A program made the translations under genes and the position numbers. Below, piece after piece: positions 40,261 to 53,438 of a stretch of DNA of 63,084 nt. How positions within the stretch are numbered: the first letter of the stretch is position 1; every line of letters begins with the position of its first letter. Location of the stretch: contig NW_025215097.1 in assembly GCF_004010195.1 (NCBI RefSeq), positions 1 through 63,084 on the forward strand. Direction: 5' to 3'. The stretch is from Chiloscyllium plagiosum. Taxonomy: Eukaryota. The notes beneath the pieces were generated by a model. The model worked only from the letters and a program-made list of their open reading frames with translations, was not told the DNA's origin and made no database searches.

Positions 40261-40974
40261 CCATCTGATGTAGTCAAATACACATTCTGTTTTATCTACA
40301 AATTACGTAGTATCTTCTCTTTTCTAAACTAGTTTCCCATTTAAATTCTTGCGATACAGGTATTACTCCATGTTAGTCCTTTGCAATAATGTCTCTTATC
40401 TAGAATTGACACTAGTCCAATGAGTCCAATGTATGTTTCCTTTGATATCCTTTTCAAGGGTAGTGTGAGTGAGAGATAATGCTGAAAAGAATGTTTATTG
40501 TTGACTAAGAAAAAGTATCCGCCTGAACCCATTTAAAAAGTATTGTCTGAAGATATTTGATTCATGAAAATGGTTGCTTCTCCAGTAGAACACTTTCCAC
40601 CTCAAAAAGCACATTAGCAATAAATTAGGCGAGGTATGCATCCCATACCTCATAATCGGAAACCAAAAGGACCTTAAAATTAGCCCTACCATAAATTGAA
40701 CTTGTTCAATGTAATATATTTGATCAGGATTAAAAATAGTAACTTTATATTCTTTGAGACCCTAACAAAAGTAAATTTATAATGGCAATGTTTGTGTTTA
40801 AAGTAACTACTGTATATTTATTGATGCTGATCCTGCTGTTCTTCATTAACACCCAAAGCACTCCTTCATGTGAGCAAACATCATTCTATGTATTTCCTTT
40901 CTGGTCTCCTTAATGTGATCTGGCCCATTCTGTTTAGTGATTTTAGACCGTTTGATTGATATGTATCTTTTGCC

Positions 40975-41150
40975 GAGCTGAAAATGTGTTGCTGGAACAG
41001 CGCAGCAGGTCAGGCAGCATCCAGGGAAGAAGGGCTTATGCCCGAAACGTTGATTCTCCTGTTCCCTGGATGCTGCCTGACCTGCTGCGCTGTTCCAGCA
41101 ACACATTTTCAGCTCTGATCTCCAGCATCTGCAGACCTCACTTTCTCCTC
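40975..41150 (+). mobile_element. Palindromic Penelope-like insert, family A
   Basis: Perfect 14-bp TSD ATGTATCTTTTGCC at 40961-40974 and 41151-41164; near-perfect inverted arms; 35-nt tail at 41116-41150. Confidence 0.88.
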
Positions 41151-41164
41151 ATGTATCTTTTGCC

Positions 41165-42654
41165 CTCTTGCTGAGATATTTGTATCCTCGATAGTCACAG
41201 GTGAGGTGCCGGAAGACTGGAGGTTGGCAAGCGTAGTGCCACTGTTTAAGAAGGGTGGTAAGGACAAGCCAGGGAACTATAGACCAATGAGCGTGATATT
41301 GGTGATGGGCAAGTTGTTGGAGGGAATCCTGAGGGTCAGGATGTACATGTATTTAGAAAGCCAAAGACTGATTAGGTATAATCAACATGGCTTTGTGCAT
41401 GGGAAATCATGTCTCACAAACTTGATTGAGTTTTTTGAAGACGAAACAAAGAGGATTGATGAGGGCAGAGCAGTAGATGTGATCTTTATGGACTTCAGTA
41501 AGGCGTTCGACAAGGTTCCCCATGGGAGACTGATTAGCAAGCTTAGATCTCGTGGAATACAGGGAGAACTTGCCATTTGGATACAGAACTGGCTCAAAGG
41601 TAGAAAACAGAGGGTGGTGGTGGTGGATTGTTTTTCAGACTGGAGGCCTGTGACCAGTGGAGTGCCACAAGGATCAGTGCTGGGTCCTCTACTTTTTGTT
41701 ATTTACATAAATAATTTGGATGCGAGCATGAGAGGTACAGTTAGTAAGTTTGCAGATGACACCAAAATTGGAGACGTAGTGGACAGTGAAGAGGGTTATC
41801 TCAGATTACAACAGGATCTTGACCAGATGGGCCAATGGGCTGAGGAGTGGCGGACGGAGTTTAATTCAGATAAATGCGAGGTGCTGCATTTTGGGAAAGC
41901 ATTCATAGCAAGACTTATACACTTAATGGTAAGGTCCTAGGGAGTGTTGCTGAACAAAGAGACCTTGGAGTGCAGGTTCATAGCTCCTTGAAAGTGGAGT
42001 CGCAGGTAGATAGGATAGTGAAGAAGGCATTTGGTATGCTTTCCTTTATTGGTCAAAATATTGCGTACAGGAATTGAGAGGTCATGTTGCAGCTGTACAG
42101 GACATTGGTTAGGCCACTGTTGGAATATTGGGTGCAATTCTGGTCTCCTTCCTATTGGAAAGATGTTGTGAAACTTGAAAGGTTTCGGAAAAGATTTAGA
42201 AAGATGTTGCCGGGGTTGGAGGATTTGAGCTATAGGGGGAGGTTGAATAGACTAGGTCTGTTTTCCCTGGAGCATCGGAGGCTGAGGGGTGACCTTGTAG
42301 AGGTTTATAAAATCATGAGGGGCATGGATAGGGTAAATAGGCAAAGTCTTTTCCCTGGGGTTCGGGGAGTCCAGAACTAGAGGGCATAGGTTTAGGGTGA
42401 CAGGGGTAAGATATAAAAGAGACCTAAGGGGCAATGTTTTCAAGCAGAGGGTGGTACATGTATGGAATGAGCTGCCAGAGGAAGTGGTGGAGGCTGGTGC
42501 AATTGCAACATTTAAGAGACATTTGGGTGGGTATATGAAGAGGAAGGGTTTGGAGGGATATAGGCCGGGTGCTGGCAGGTGGGACTACATTGGGTTGGGA
42601 TATCTGGTTGGACCAAAGGGTCTATTTCCATGCTGTACATCTCTATGACTCTAT
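41165..42654 (+). mobile_element. CR1 (HER1-like) LINE, 1.5-kb 3' portion, relatively young
   Basis: 244-aa open RT stretch, ORF2 C-terminus, tail CATGCTGTACATCTCTATGACTCTAT. Confidence 0.95.
41206..41940 (+). pseudogene. Reverse transcriptase domain fragment of CR1 ORF2
   Basis: PGNYRP, QHGF..GKSCLTNL, DFSKAFDKVPH, GVPQGSVLGPLLF and FADDTK; 5'-truncated and frameshifted downstream. Confidence 0.92.
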
Positions 42655-42769
42655 ATTGGCTTCAAAAGCTTCTTCAAAATCTCAAACAACCTCATGACGT
42701 TAAACAAAAGCTTCCCTTCTCTAAAGACACATGTCTATACTTAGATTCAAATAGCAACCTGACAATGGT

Positions 42770-43070
42770 TTAGATTACTTACAGTGTGGAAACAGGCCCT
42801 TTGGCCCAACAAGTCCTCACTGACCCTCCGAAGAGCAACTCACCCAGACCCATTCCCCTACACCTAACACTACAGGCAATTTAGCATGGCCAATTCACCT
42901 AACCTGCATATCTTTGGACTGTGGGAGGAAACTGGAGCACCCAGAGGAAACTCACACAGACACGGGGAGAATGTGCAAACTCTACACAGACAGTTGCCTG
43001 CAGCAGAAATTGAACTCAGGTCTCTGGTGCTGTGAGGCAGCAGTGCTAACCACTGTGCCACCATGCCACC
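42770..43070 (-). mobile_element. HE1 SINE
   Basis: TTAGATTACTTACAGTGTGGAAACAGGCCC tail through CACTGTGCCACCATGCCACC head. Confidence 0.92.
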
Positions 43071-43659
43071 CAGGTGTCTCTGCAACTGTTGCTGCTCATG
43101 TGTTGAAGTGTCAAAGTCCCAATGTGCAGTTTTGTATAATGAGCTGTGAGGCAGAAGTAAACTTGTTTAGCTTGATATCCATGAAGATCGAGTGAAAGTG
43201 GGTCTTTCTGACTGTTAGCCATGGTGAATCCGAACATGATTCTTTTCTTTTCTTGTGGTTGTTATATGTGAGCTGTAAGTTAGGAGTGAGTGATACTAGC
43301 ACAGATCTTAACTCAATAAAAATAGCTGTGTTATACTGGCAGCATTCTAAATAAAATGAGATACAATAGAAAACTTCATAATAAGGGTATATGTATGTAA
43401 GAAGAGATAAGCCTAATTTTTTTTCATTTCTTTTTAAAGTTTGTGTAACTTCCAGAATCATACAAACTAAAGAGATCACACATTCCACCATGGCTGGGCT
43501 GGTCTTTGTAGAAAACATCCATTTGACAATGTTATCTTCTCTATCCCCATAGCCCTGAAAGTTTCTCCCCTTCATTTAAAAAGAGGTTAATGTCAACCTA
43601 AAAATTTAGGCTAGAGTCAAACTCTCTGAGTAAGTCGAAATTAGTTTTCAGCTCAATAT

Positions 43660-44740
43660 GATTAAAACCAAAGTTATCATTTTTGTCCAACTTACCATCC
43701 CTACCAATAGCTCTACATACCTCCTCAAAAGTCTCTCAATCAATTTCCTGGTACTAAACCTGGATGTTCTATTCAATACTGAAGCGATTTTTTAAAATCT
43801 CCTCTTTAGTTTATTGTCAGACCCCACTCTTCCACCTCCAGATATGCAGTAATATGTATAGCTCTCCCGAGCTGCTGTTAAAATCCTAACTCGTGTTTTT
43901 ATCTCTTCACCAACTGAGTTTTCCAACACATTCGCTGCAAGCTTCCCACTTTCTCCTTTCAGAAATTTCAGCAAATCCAAACCTCTGCAGCCTGCATTCC
44001 ATTCTACACAATGCAGTTGTGATGAGGGCATTGTGGCAATGTCATCAGCTCAGTAACCAAAGTGCCCAGGCTAGATCCTTAGTAACATAGCTTCAAATCT
44101 GATCACAGCAGCCAATTGCATTTAAATTGTATTAATTATTCTGGAATTAAAACTTAGTCTGTGATGATGACCAGGAAGCTATCATTAAGTGAATTTTTTT
44201 AAAAGATCTGGTTCATCAATGTCTTTACCTCATCTTGCAGTCACTCCTGACCACCAACAAAATGGCCTAGCAGGCCATTCAGTTCAGGAATCTGGCTCAG
44301 CGTCTACTTATTAAGGACAATTGGAGATGGGCAACAAATGCCTAGCTAGCAATGCCCACATCCCATTAAGGAATAAAAATACTACTCCCATACACCTGAA
44401 ACACATCCTTGTCAAGTTTCATTGGCTCATTGTGCCCCAGCAAAATAAATTCATACACTTGCCATTAAATTGTCTCATGGTTTTAGTCTATCAAATGAAG
44501 CCTCACCCTCTGTTCCTCAAACCCTCGATTTATTGCTTCCTTTATGGTCCAATTTTGGCATCTGGTTTTTCAGTCACTACAACTCTGGAATTCACTGCAA
44601 ACACCATTTGTTTGCCACCTCTCTCCTGGTCTTCAAAGGCCTTCCAAAAATGCATTTCTTCAACCTGCAGTTTCCTCAATTTAAATTCTTCCTCTTTCTA
44701 TTCCAACCTCCTCTTATTAAATGCTACACATCATTAATTT
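43660..44740 (+). mobile_element. Old L2-type LINE remnant split by a SINE
   Basis: Pyrimidine-rich ORF2 C-terminal remnant (TPIHL..ILVKFHWLIVPQQ.KF, L2-like) on both sides of 44021-44379. Confidence 0.5.
44021..44379 (+). mobile_element. tRNA-derived SINE sharing its 3' tail with the LINE at 22190-23213
   Basis: Head with CTTCAAATC B-box-like motif; tail GATGGGCAACAAATGCCTAGCTAGCAATGCCCACATCCC...GAATAAAAA. Confidence 0.7.
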
Positions 44741-46814
44741 ATGTGATGAAGTTTGAATAAATGTACCATTTCATTGCCACACGCCAGGATATTGTAAATA
44801 GATTGGATGAACACAAATCACCAACAAGGTGACAACAAAAAATTTCACGCTTCATATAAGAGCAAGATTTAAGCTGTATGTACAATAGTCATCACATTGG
44901 CATACCTATTTATACAGATTGTTACAGAAATGGGGAAGAATAAGCTGTTACAAGTAATTGGTATTATGGTGCACTTCAGATCATGGTAGCATGAGGTAAC
45001 CATTATCATTTGCGAGAAGTCGACAGGTGGGTCACATGAAAGGTCACTACAATTTGGCTCACAGAATTAGACACAAGGTTTTCATTATTTTCAAGTCAAA
45101 TAAGAGCAGTGTTTTGAGAAAATAACATTACTCAGTAATAGCTACCAGTAAAATTAGAAATTGGGGCTCTTTTCAAAAGAATATTTCAGACACTCAGCTG
45201 AGAAAGCTTTGCAAGTCCTAACACTAATATGCCATGTATGGCATAGTTAAAAGGGTTTCCTGATATTTTAATGTTTTACCTGATATTGAACATAAAGACA
45301 TGGAAGGGTTCCCTTATCAATCCTTTTAAATACTGAGTAGGCTGAGCACTGCTGCATAACATTGAGAATATTGCAATTAAGCAGTAACAACCCTGATCTG
45401 AAATGGAAAGATTGAGTCAAGATTATTCTTTAATATCCAGTCACTCCTGTTGGTGACTATAATGACAGGTGAGAACATGAAACCTGACAGTGATGGTGCT
45501 GTCCCATCCATTTCATCATCTGCAAACAAATTGTTGACTAACATTATCCAAACTCATCCACAAAGAAAAGCAAGTTAGGTAGAGTACTTGCAAGGCTGAT
45601 GCTGTTAGTTGAGCTGGACCTCAGCACAAGTCACCTTCTGCACAGGAGAAAACATAAAACAAACTTTTAAATAAAAGTGCTTAGGAAGGCTGGATGAAAG
45701 ATAAAATAAAATAAAGGAAATTAAAATAGAGAACATATGAATGAATGAATAACCAAATCAGAAATAAAAGAGGTCAGAAAAAAATCCTTGAATCTTGGAT
45801 CACCTGACCTTCTTGGAATGTATGCAGGATGAGAAACTCAAATTTGCAGTTGTGTCAGGAAACAGTTTCTAGTTTTGTTTTTTAAAATATATTGATAACC
45901 TGAACTACTCACTATTTAAATCTGAAATCAGAAACTTTTCATTAGTCTAAATCCATTGAGGGTTTACTCTGCATACCAGTTTTGACTCAAAATATATGTT
46001 CTGAAACTTTGTTTCCAGCACACAAATTCCAAGATGCCACAGTCAGGAAGGAAATACTACAGTCTCAATGCTCTCTCTTATGTATTAGTTTACAGAGTAT
46101 AAGGAAAGATACAATTGCTGAAGAACTACGTAAAATCCACTTATTAGCACATGTTTTATTTGGGTGCCATCCCTTTGTACATTTGTTTCAGGTTTCTCAT
46201 TGTTAATAAGTTCATAGCATAGTCTTTTAAAATTTTCAAACTGAATAAAGGTGCCACGCACCAAAAGCTGAGATAGACACATCCATACACACCAAACTGC
46301 ACATTGGAACCTTTGAACACATGTTACAAATGGTCACCGGTGCTGTCCTGATTCCTAGTCTATTCCAAAATCACACATTATTGTCCATTGTTAAAAGTTT
46401 GAGATTAGTACTTCTTCAGTGATGTATAATCAGATGTGTCCAGTTATACAGCTAGCTCCATACTGATCACCAAAAAGACAAATGAAATTCTATGAATTTG
46501 CATGTATCATGGTTTAATATTCAAAATATCTGTTTGATTTCAATTTTTTTAAAGTGTTTTCCATAACCTATTTCAAAGCTAAAGTGGCAAGACACTATTG
46601 TCTCAAGATATCTCACACCTTTTTTCAACATGCAATGCACAATCTGTTTGGTTACAATCCCAGCTTTATTGTAGTGATTAACATTGCTTCACATTGTCAC
46701 TCTCCTAGATAAAAATAAAATTGTAAATAAAGCTTAATTGTGTTTTAGTGATAAGGATAACATAAAAATAGAAGAAAGTTACAACTGAAAGGGAAATATA
46801 GTCAGATAAAATTA

Positions 46815-47272
46815 TTAGGATGTTGCTGGAATGGAGGGTTTGAGTCATAAAAATAGGCTGAATAGGCTAGGACTTTTTCACTGGAGCATAGGACATTGAG
46901 GGGTGGCCTTATAGAGGTTTATAAAATCATGAAGGCCACAGATAAGGTGAACAGCAAGAGTCTTTTCCCAAGGGTGGTGGAGTTCAAAACTAGGGAGCAA
47001 ATTTTTAAGGTGAGAAGAGAAAGTTTTAAAAAGGACATCAGGGGCAACCTTTTTTACACAGAGAATGGTTTGTGCATGGAATGAACTACCAGAGACAGTG
47101 GTGGATGCAGATACAGTTAGAACATTTAAAAGACATTTGGGTAAGTATTTGAATAGGAAAGGTGTGCAGGGATAGGGGCCAAATGCAGGCAATTGGGATT
47201 AGCTTAGTTTGGGAACATGGTCAGTGTGGATTAGTTAGACCAAAGGGTCTGTTTCCATGCTGTATGACTCAG
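46815..47272 (+). mobile_element. CR1 (HER1-like) 3' end
   Basis: RGGLIEVYKIMK.TDKVN..SLFP; tail GGGTCTGTTTCCATGCTGTATGACTC. Confidence 0.9.
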
Positions 47273-48149
47273 TGTTATCCAAACTAGGTATTGTTTGTGA
47301 TGTTTTTCATGGATGCATGCAGCAATACCATAAACTATTACATTACAGAACCTGGGGGCTCTCTGTAATATATTCAACCTTGAAACTACCAATTTCTAAG
47401 AATCATTACCCAGACTGATGGAACACCTGAATCTAAGCTTTCTGTATCCATTATCAACATAAATCTCTCCAAAACTGTATATAAAGCAGCCCCTTTTCTT
47501 TTTAACCTGTCCTTTGACTGTTCCTTTGCTCTTTCAGAAGCACAACTGAAACAAATTGCTTTACAGATTTAACATCTGTTAGCATCTTTGAATGAGGTTG
47601 CTACATTTGTTGACAAATTTTATGTTGTTGTCCAACCTCATCTCGTACTCAGATCTGAATTGGGTTTGAAGCCTAAAGCCACAGTGTTATAAGTTTCTGA
47701 ACCATCCATTCCTCATACAAGTCCTTATTAACATTGGCCAGCATTTGAGAGATCTTTCACAGGTGGTCTTCTGCTGTCATAAATGTTCAACTTCAGCCCA
47801 GAGACCAAAATAGTTGGTTATTCAATCAATTAATAAAAACGTTCAGACAGAGGAAGTGTTTTGAATATTATTTTACTTTTATTGGCAGGTTTCCCCAGCT
47901 GCTGTCATGACTCACCCCTTTCTATGGCATGTGCAGTTCATACTGCATAGCCAGACACACACCCACTCCATTAGTATGTGATGTCTTCATGGAGGGAAAC
48001 ACATACAGACGTACTTGAGTAATTAAATGCAGAGCATCAGGACAATTCCCTTGGCTGTTCTCAACATGTCCACAACTGAGATAGTCAAGGGGCACCACAT
48101 TGCATTTGCACACACACGGAATGCAAAATTTACTATAAAACTACTTCAC

Positions 48150-48453
48150 AGAATCCCCACAATGTGGAAAAAGGCCATTTGGCCCAACAGGTACGCACCA
48201 ACCCTCCAAAAAGCATCCCACACAGACCCATCAACCCTGAGCCTAATGCACCTAACCTACACACCCCTGTGGACAATTTAGCATGACCAATCCACCTAAC
48301 ATGCACATTTTTAGGCTGGCGGAAGGAGACCAAAGCAGCCAGTGGAAACCCACACAGACAGAACATGGAAACTCCACACAGACAGCAGGAATTAAACCCA
48401 CATCCCTGACATTATGAGGGAAGCAGTGCTAACCACTGAGCCACCATGCCACC
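48150..48453 (-). mobile_element. HE1 SINE (diverged)
   Basis: AGAATCCCCACAATGTGG tail through CACTGAGCCACCATGCCACC head. Confidence 0.88.
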
Positions 48454-49283
48454 TTCTCATTCACTGCCATTAGAATGTTCTTTACTGCCATTTTGATCAC
48501 ACTGACGCAATTATTCTACAATTAGCCATTTTATACTCAAGATGAATTTTGTTTAGTTTCTGCTGTTTCCCATTATGTTTTGGCAAGTTAAAAACAATTG
48601 GTTCAAAAACATTAAAAATATTAAAATGGAACAGGTGAAATAAATTTTAATTGAATAGTGTATATTTTAAGGCAAATTATCTAATCATGGGGTACTCAAC
48701 CAGTTTAACATCACAAGGGAATAGTTAAAAGGTGGCCATTCAGGTTGTGTATCTGTGCTGACTCTCTTCAAGAGCAAGTCAGCTAGATTAATTTCCCCTC
48801 CTTTTCCCTGTTGCCCTATAAATTTCTACTCTTAAGAGAATGATTCAATTCTTCTTTAAAAGTCACGTTTGATTCTGCCTCCATACTTACAAGCAATGCA
48901 TTCCAGATGCTAACAACTTACTGGGTTAAAAAAAAGTGTTTCCCTGCATGACTGCTAGTTAATTTGATAATCCCTTAAAATAAATATTTAATTCATCCAC
49001 ACTTTTCAAAGTGACTGTTTATTTTGGTTTCCATTATCATTTCACCACCCAATTTCAATTGACTGCTTGTATTTGCTGGATTTAGCTTTATATCTTGCTT
49101 TGGACAAGAGTGTAGCATTTGCATTTCTCCAGTTTTCTGGTATCATCCTCCTAAGTAGAGATGACTGATCAGTATTTCTACAATTCATACTCTTATTTGT
49201 CTCAGTATCCTCAGAAACCCCCTCACACCCCATCAGTTAAGGTGGCATTTGAATTTTAAGAACAGCCAACTTTTCTAAACCTC

Positions 49284-49422
49284 CAAACCTCCTGAAGATC
49301 TGAAACAAAAACAGAAATTGCAGGAGAAATTCAGCACTCTGAAGATGACTCACAGGATTCAAAATGTGAACTTTGCTTTCTTTCCACAGATGCTAAGATT
49401 TTCTTGCAATGTCTGTTTTTGT
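49284..49422. mobile_element. Degraded palindromic Penelope-like insert, family D
   Basis: Arms AAACAAAAACAGAAATTGC and GCAATGTCTGTTTTTGTTT; possible TSD TTTCT(A/G)AACCTC; decayed core CTGAAGA...GATTCAAAATGT from 49339. Confidence 0.55.
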
Positions 49423-49697
49423 TTTCTGAACCTCACCCTCACCAAGTTTTTTGCCCAATCAATCCCTCATTCTTATCAAATTTTGCCCACCTAGTACCTT
49501 GTTTTTCCCTATGCCTTTAACAGGATTTTCTTTCTTGGTAAAGATAAACTCTAAGCATTCATTTAATACCTTAGCAATGTCCTCTGACTTCATGCATGTG
49601 TCTCCTTTCTAGTCTCTAATAAACTCCATCTTACTACTTGTTTTTTATTATTCATTACGATGACAATATATTTTCTGACCATTCTTTTATGACTTAT

Positions 49698-49788
49698 AGA
49701 ATCCCCACAATGTGGAAAAAGGCCATTTGGCCCAACAGGTACACACCAACCCTCCAAAAAGCATCCCACGCAGACCAATCAACCCTGA
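49698..49788 (-). repeat. 91-bp copy of the HE1 3' end at 48150-48240
   Basis: 3 mismatches; shares unusual variants (AATGTGGAAAAAGG, CAGGTAC). Confidence 0.85.
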
Positions 49789-50092
49789 ATTCTGTACAAA
49801 ATTCTGTAATCCCTTTCATGTTAGCTACCAATATATTCTAATACATTCTCTTATACACTTTCCCTCAGAATTTTTTCCCATTTAGTCTACTTCTCAACTG
49901 TCTTAGCAATCTGACAACTGCTTTTTCTTGCTTTATCTTACTCTTTATATTTTTTGTCATCATGGAGTTCTGGTTTTGAGTCTCCTTCTTTTCCTCGAGG
50001 GATGTACACCAATTGTACCTAAAACATTTTATTCTGTTACAGTTTACCTTCAAACCTTTGATTTCAATTTACCTGGGACTGATCCATTCTCA

Positions 50093-50288
50093 GGGAGGAG
50101 AAAGTGAGGACTGCAGATGCTGGAGATCAGAGTTGAAGAGTGTGGTGCTGGCAAAGCACAGCCGGTCAGGCAGCATCTGAGGAGCAGGAGGGCTCCTGAT
50201 GAAGGGCTTATGCTCAAAACATTGATTCTCTTGCTCCTCGGATGCTGCCTAACCGGCTGTGCTTTTCCAGCACCACACGTTTCAGCAT
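50093..50288 (-). mobile_element. Palindromic Penelope-like insert, family A
   Basis: TSD TGATCCATTCTCA at 50080-50092 and 50289-50301; core CTGATGAAGGGCTTATGCTCAAAAC from 50196. Confidence 0.82.
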
Positions 50289-53200
50289 TGATCCATTCTC
50301 ACCCTAATGATAGTCATTTCATCCAATTTATGTATTTTTATGCTAGATTGTTCTGTGTTCTTTACAGAACTAACCTAAATCTTATTATGCCATGATTGTT
50401 ATTGTCTAACTGTTCCCTGCTATAATGTGACCCATTGGACCCACCTCATTTGGTGGAACCAGAGCTCCCAATACTACCTTCCTTGGATCAGAAACAAATT
50501 GATCAAGAGAATTTTCCAAATACAATTCTAAAACACTTCCCCCTCAAACTGACTACCCATAAGTGATATCTCATCACACCCTAACTTATCTATGTATAGT
50601 TCTGTCTAACATGAGTGTGATGATAGGTAATGAAGGCTATATATCCCAAACACTTGCAAATTGAAACAAACAGCGTGTCCCTTCAGCTGTTCACAACAGG
50701 CAAAATACTGACTGTACAAACTATCTCAGAATACATGGCCAACAAGAGAGGTAATTGGCCAACATTTGCTAAATATTCCTGAGCATTCTAAATATTACAC
50801 TGACAACAAATTTAATATTGCAAAATTTGGCTCACACTAAGTCGCACTTGCACAGACCTGAAACTACAATATTATTCACAGGGCCCTGCTCGTTACAGAC
50901 TGAAAGAACATGTACACACATTGTATCTACTTCAACTCGACAAACTAGAAGGCAGCCACTCTCTGGTACTTAGTTATGATTTAAAACATCAAAAGGGTAG
51001 AAAAATAATTTGATCTTAAGGCAAAGTGAGATTTTTAAAAGGCAGGAAAGGAAATGAAAAAGCAAAGAGGTAGTAGAAGAGAGTTTAGTGGGAAGGAGCA
51101 AAATGTCTCAAAGATTGTTTATCAGTGGAATGAAGGGATGACAATGAGCAGTTATAAGGGAGACAGGACTGGGTGGCTGGAAATGTATGCTCAAATAGGT
51201 TGGGTCCTAAACTTTGCCGAGGTTTGAAAGCGAAGGCAAAGGATAGAAGTCGATTCATTAAGATTCAGAAAGCCAAAGGATGAAAATATGAGCGTGTAGG
51301 ATATGATAGAATGGAGGTTACATGAATTGTGAATGTAACCAAAATAAAAATGAAAGATCAGTCCAGAAAAGTAAGAGTGAATCTGGTCCTGTTAGTGAGC
51401 TGTTTTTACTCCAACCTCAGCACTGGCAGTGGAATTTTAGATAAGCAGATAGCTAAATAACTCTCTTAAATCCCAGATATTATTTCATGGAAGTATGTTT
51501 AAACAGATTTTGCGGGGGTGGTAAAATAGTTTGAAGGTGTGTACCTGACTCTTGTTTCTAACACTTTGCAGAACCTCTGTTCATTCTCTGAGTCTCTTAG
51601 AGACGACTTCCTTCACCTACACATAATAGAGAATTTAGTCATTTTTTCATAAGAGGAATGGAATAACATTTATTTATTTTTAAAACATAGTATCATAATT
51701 ATCAAAGGTTATTGAATGAAAATGGATAATAGGTTGGACAAACAGCCTTTACTTTAATGATCTGAGCCAAATTGAAATATTTGCTATTAAAATTGGTCTC
51801 GATGCCTCTGCAGTATGGGCTGTCAGAGAAATTATCCACAACTACCACTTCTCATCACTATCCATTGGTGCCCATTTATTGGTGCTAGAAAATTTGTATT
51901 TGTAGACACTGAATGACAGCAAAATTCATTTTTGTCTAATTGTTTCAAATTGCCAAACAGACCAATAACAATTTACGCTCAAACTTGAAAAACAGCCATT
52001 TGGACAAGATATATACCCTTTATCAGTATTTGCACTCATTCTCAGACTTTATTCTCAGCCACAGTGTACAGCTCCCTGGGTCAAATGTCAGGGTGAACCA
52101 ATTTACCCCATATCCATTTAACAGTTGATAGGTCATTAAGTGGCTTTATGTGAGATTTATACTTTGATCCAAGTAAATGGGACATAGTTCTTGGGCCTCC
52201 ATGGTGCTATCAGCTGTGATGTCCATTGCTGGGACAGCAAAAGCACTCAATAGCAATTATTTGTTGGAGTGGGTGCAAAGTGAGAGAGCTGAGGGGTGGG
52301 TGGAGTCGAGTGTCTCACTAGGACCAGATTGGCAATGGCTATGGTGAGGGTGTGCTGACCAGGATCAGGAGGGGTGCACAGGATAGTTAGGCCTGGTGGA
52401 GGAGCAGGGTAGTTAATCCTGGTGGAAGACAAACATGGAGTAGCAGGGTGATCTTTGTGAGAAAGCTATCAGGTTTCATACATGGCACTGGTCTCTACCT
52501 GCCCGAGAAAGAATTGTACCAATTATGTTGGAAAGAGGCCATTTTCATGCCTCACTTGGCTTATGTAGACAGACTTTCTAACAAATCTCCTGCTGCTCAT
52601 AGAAGTATGATAGGAGCAGGCAAGTAAACACCAGTAATGGTACCCATAGCATTGCACCAATTTTATGCTTCCCACTTGCTAACCTCAAGGAAATGTAAAA
52701 TTCAGCCCATGCTTTTTCATCAGGGTGCAAAGTTTATCACACTGGTACAGAATCTGTGGCTAATGTTTGGATTTCTAGTGAGGAATATAGAAGCAAAAAT
52801 TATAAAACCTATGATGATAACCAAATTCAAATGGGTTAATTCATTATGGATTCAAGTCTGGATTTCGTTCATGAGACAGGTGCACAGAGTCAGAGAATTT
52901 CTGACTCCATGAGACTGAATTTTAAAAGAGTTTTGGACTGGGAGGTGGGATCATTGAGAAGCAATGGTGAACAAACCAGAAGCAAGAGGAGGATCCCAGG
53001 TAACAAGTTGAGATGGGCAGCAGGCCTGCCTCAGGGTAGTGGCACTGCATACAAAAAGTTCTGTAAATGAATAGAATGAAAAACATCCCTCCTAACTCCT
53101 CTCACCCTACATGATCCCAATGTCCCTGTAATCACATCATAGCCCCTCAAATACTCCATACCAATCTATATCCCTGTACCCATATTCCATAATATCTTCT

Positions 53201-53438
53201 ACTCTCAGAGCCAACCTTTTCACCCTCACCTTTTCCTTTGGTTCTTTACTGCTCCTTTACTGACTTATTCAAACCTATGTACCTCACCCGCCACCATTTG
53301 CTCTTACCCAGTATCAACCATAGGCAGATTGTAAAGCCCATACAGAGACAGGTAAAATAAAGTTCTTAGTGACTACTTAAATTTTCATTATACTGAAAAA
53401 ATGTCCTGATTCATAAGAACCAATTTACTACAATTATA

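Larger units (their letters stand above)
48730..50590 (-). mobile_element. Scattered old CR1 remnants with nested inserts
   Basis: IPENWRNANATLL-like ORF2 piece at 49042-49233 and an old tail near 48730. Confidence 0.5.

Noticed and set aside
43111..43575. 154-aa minus-strand ORF
   Set aside because: Crosses repeat remnants and AT-rich sequence; no protein-like motifs
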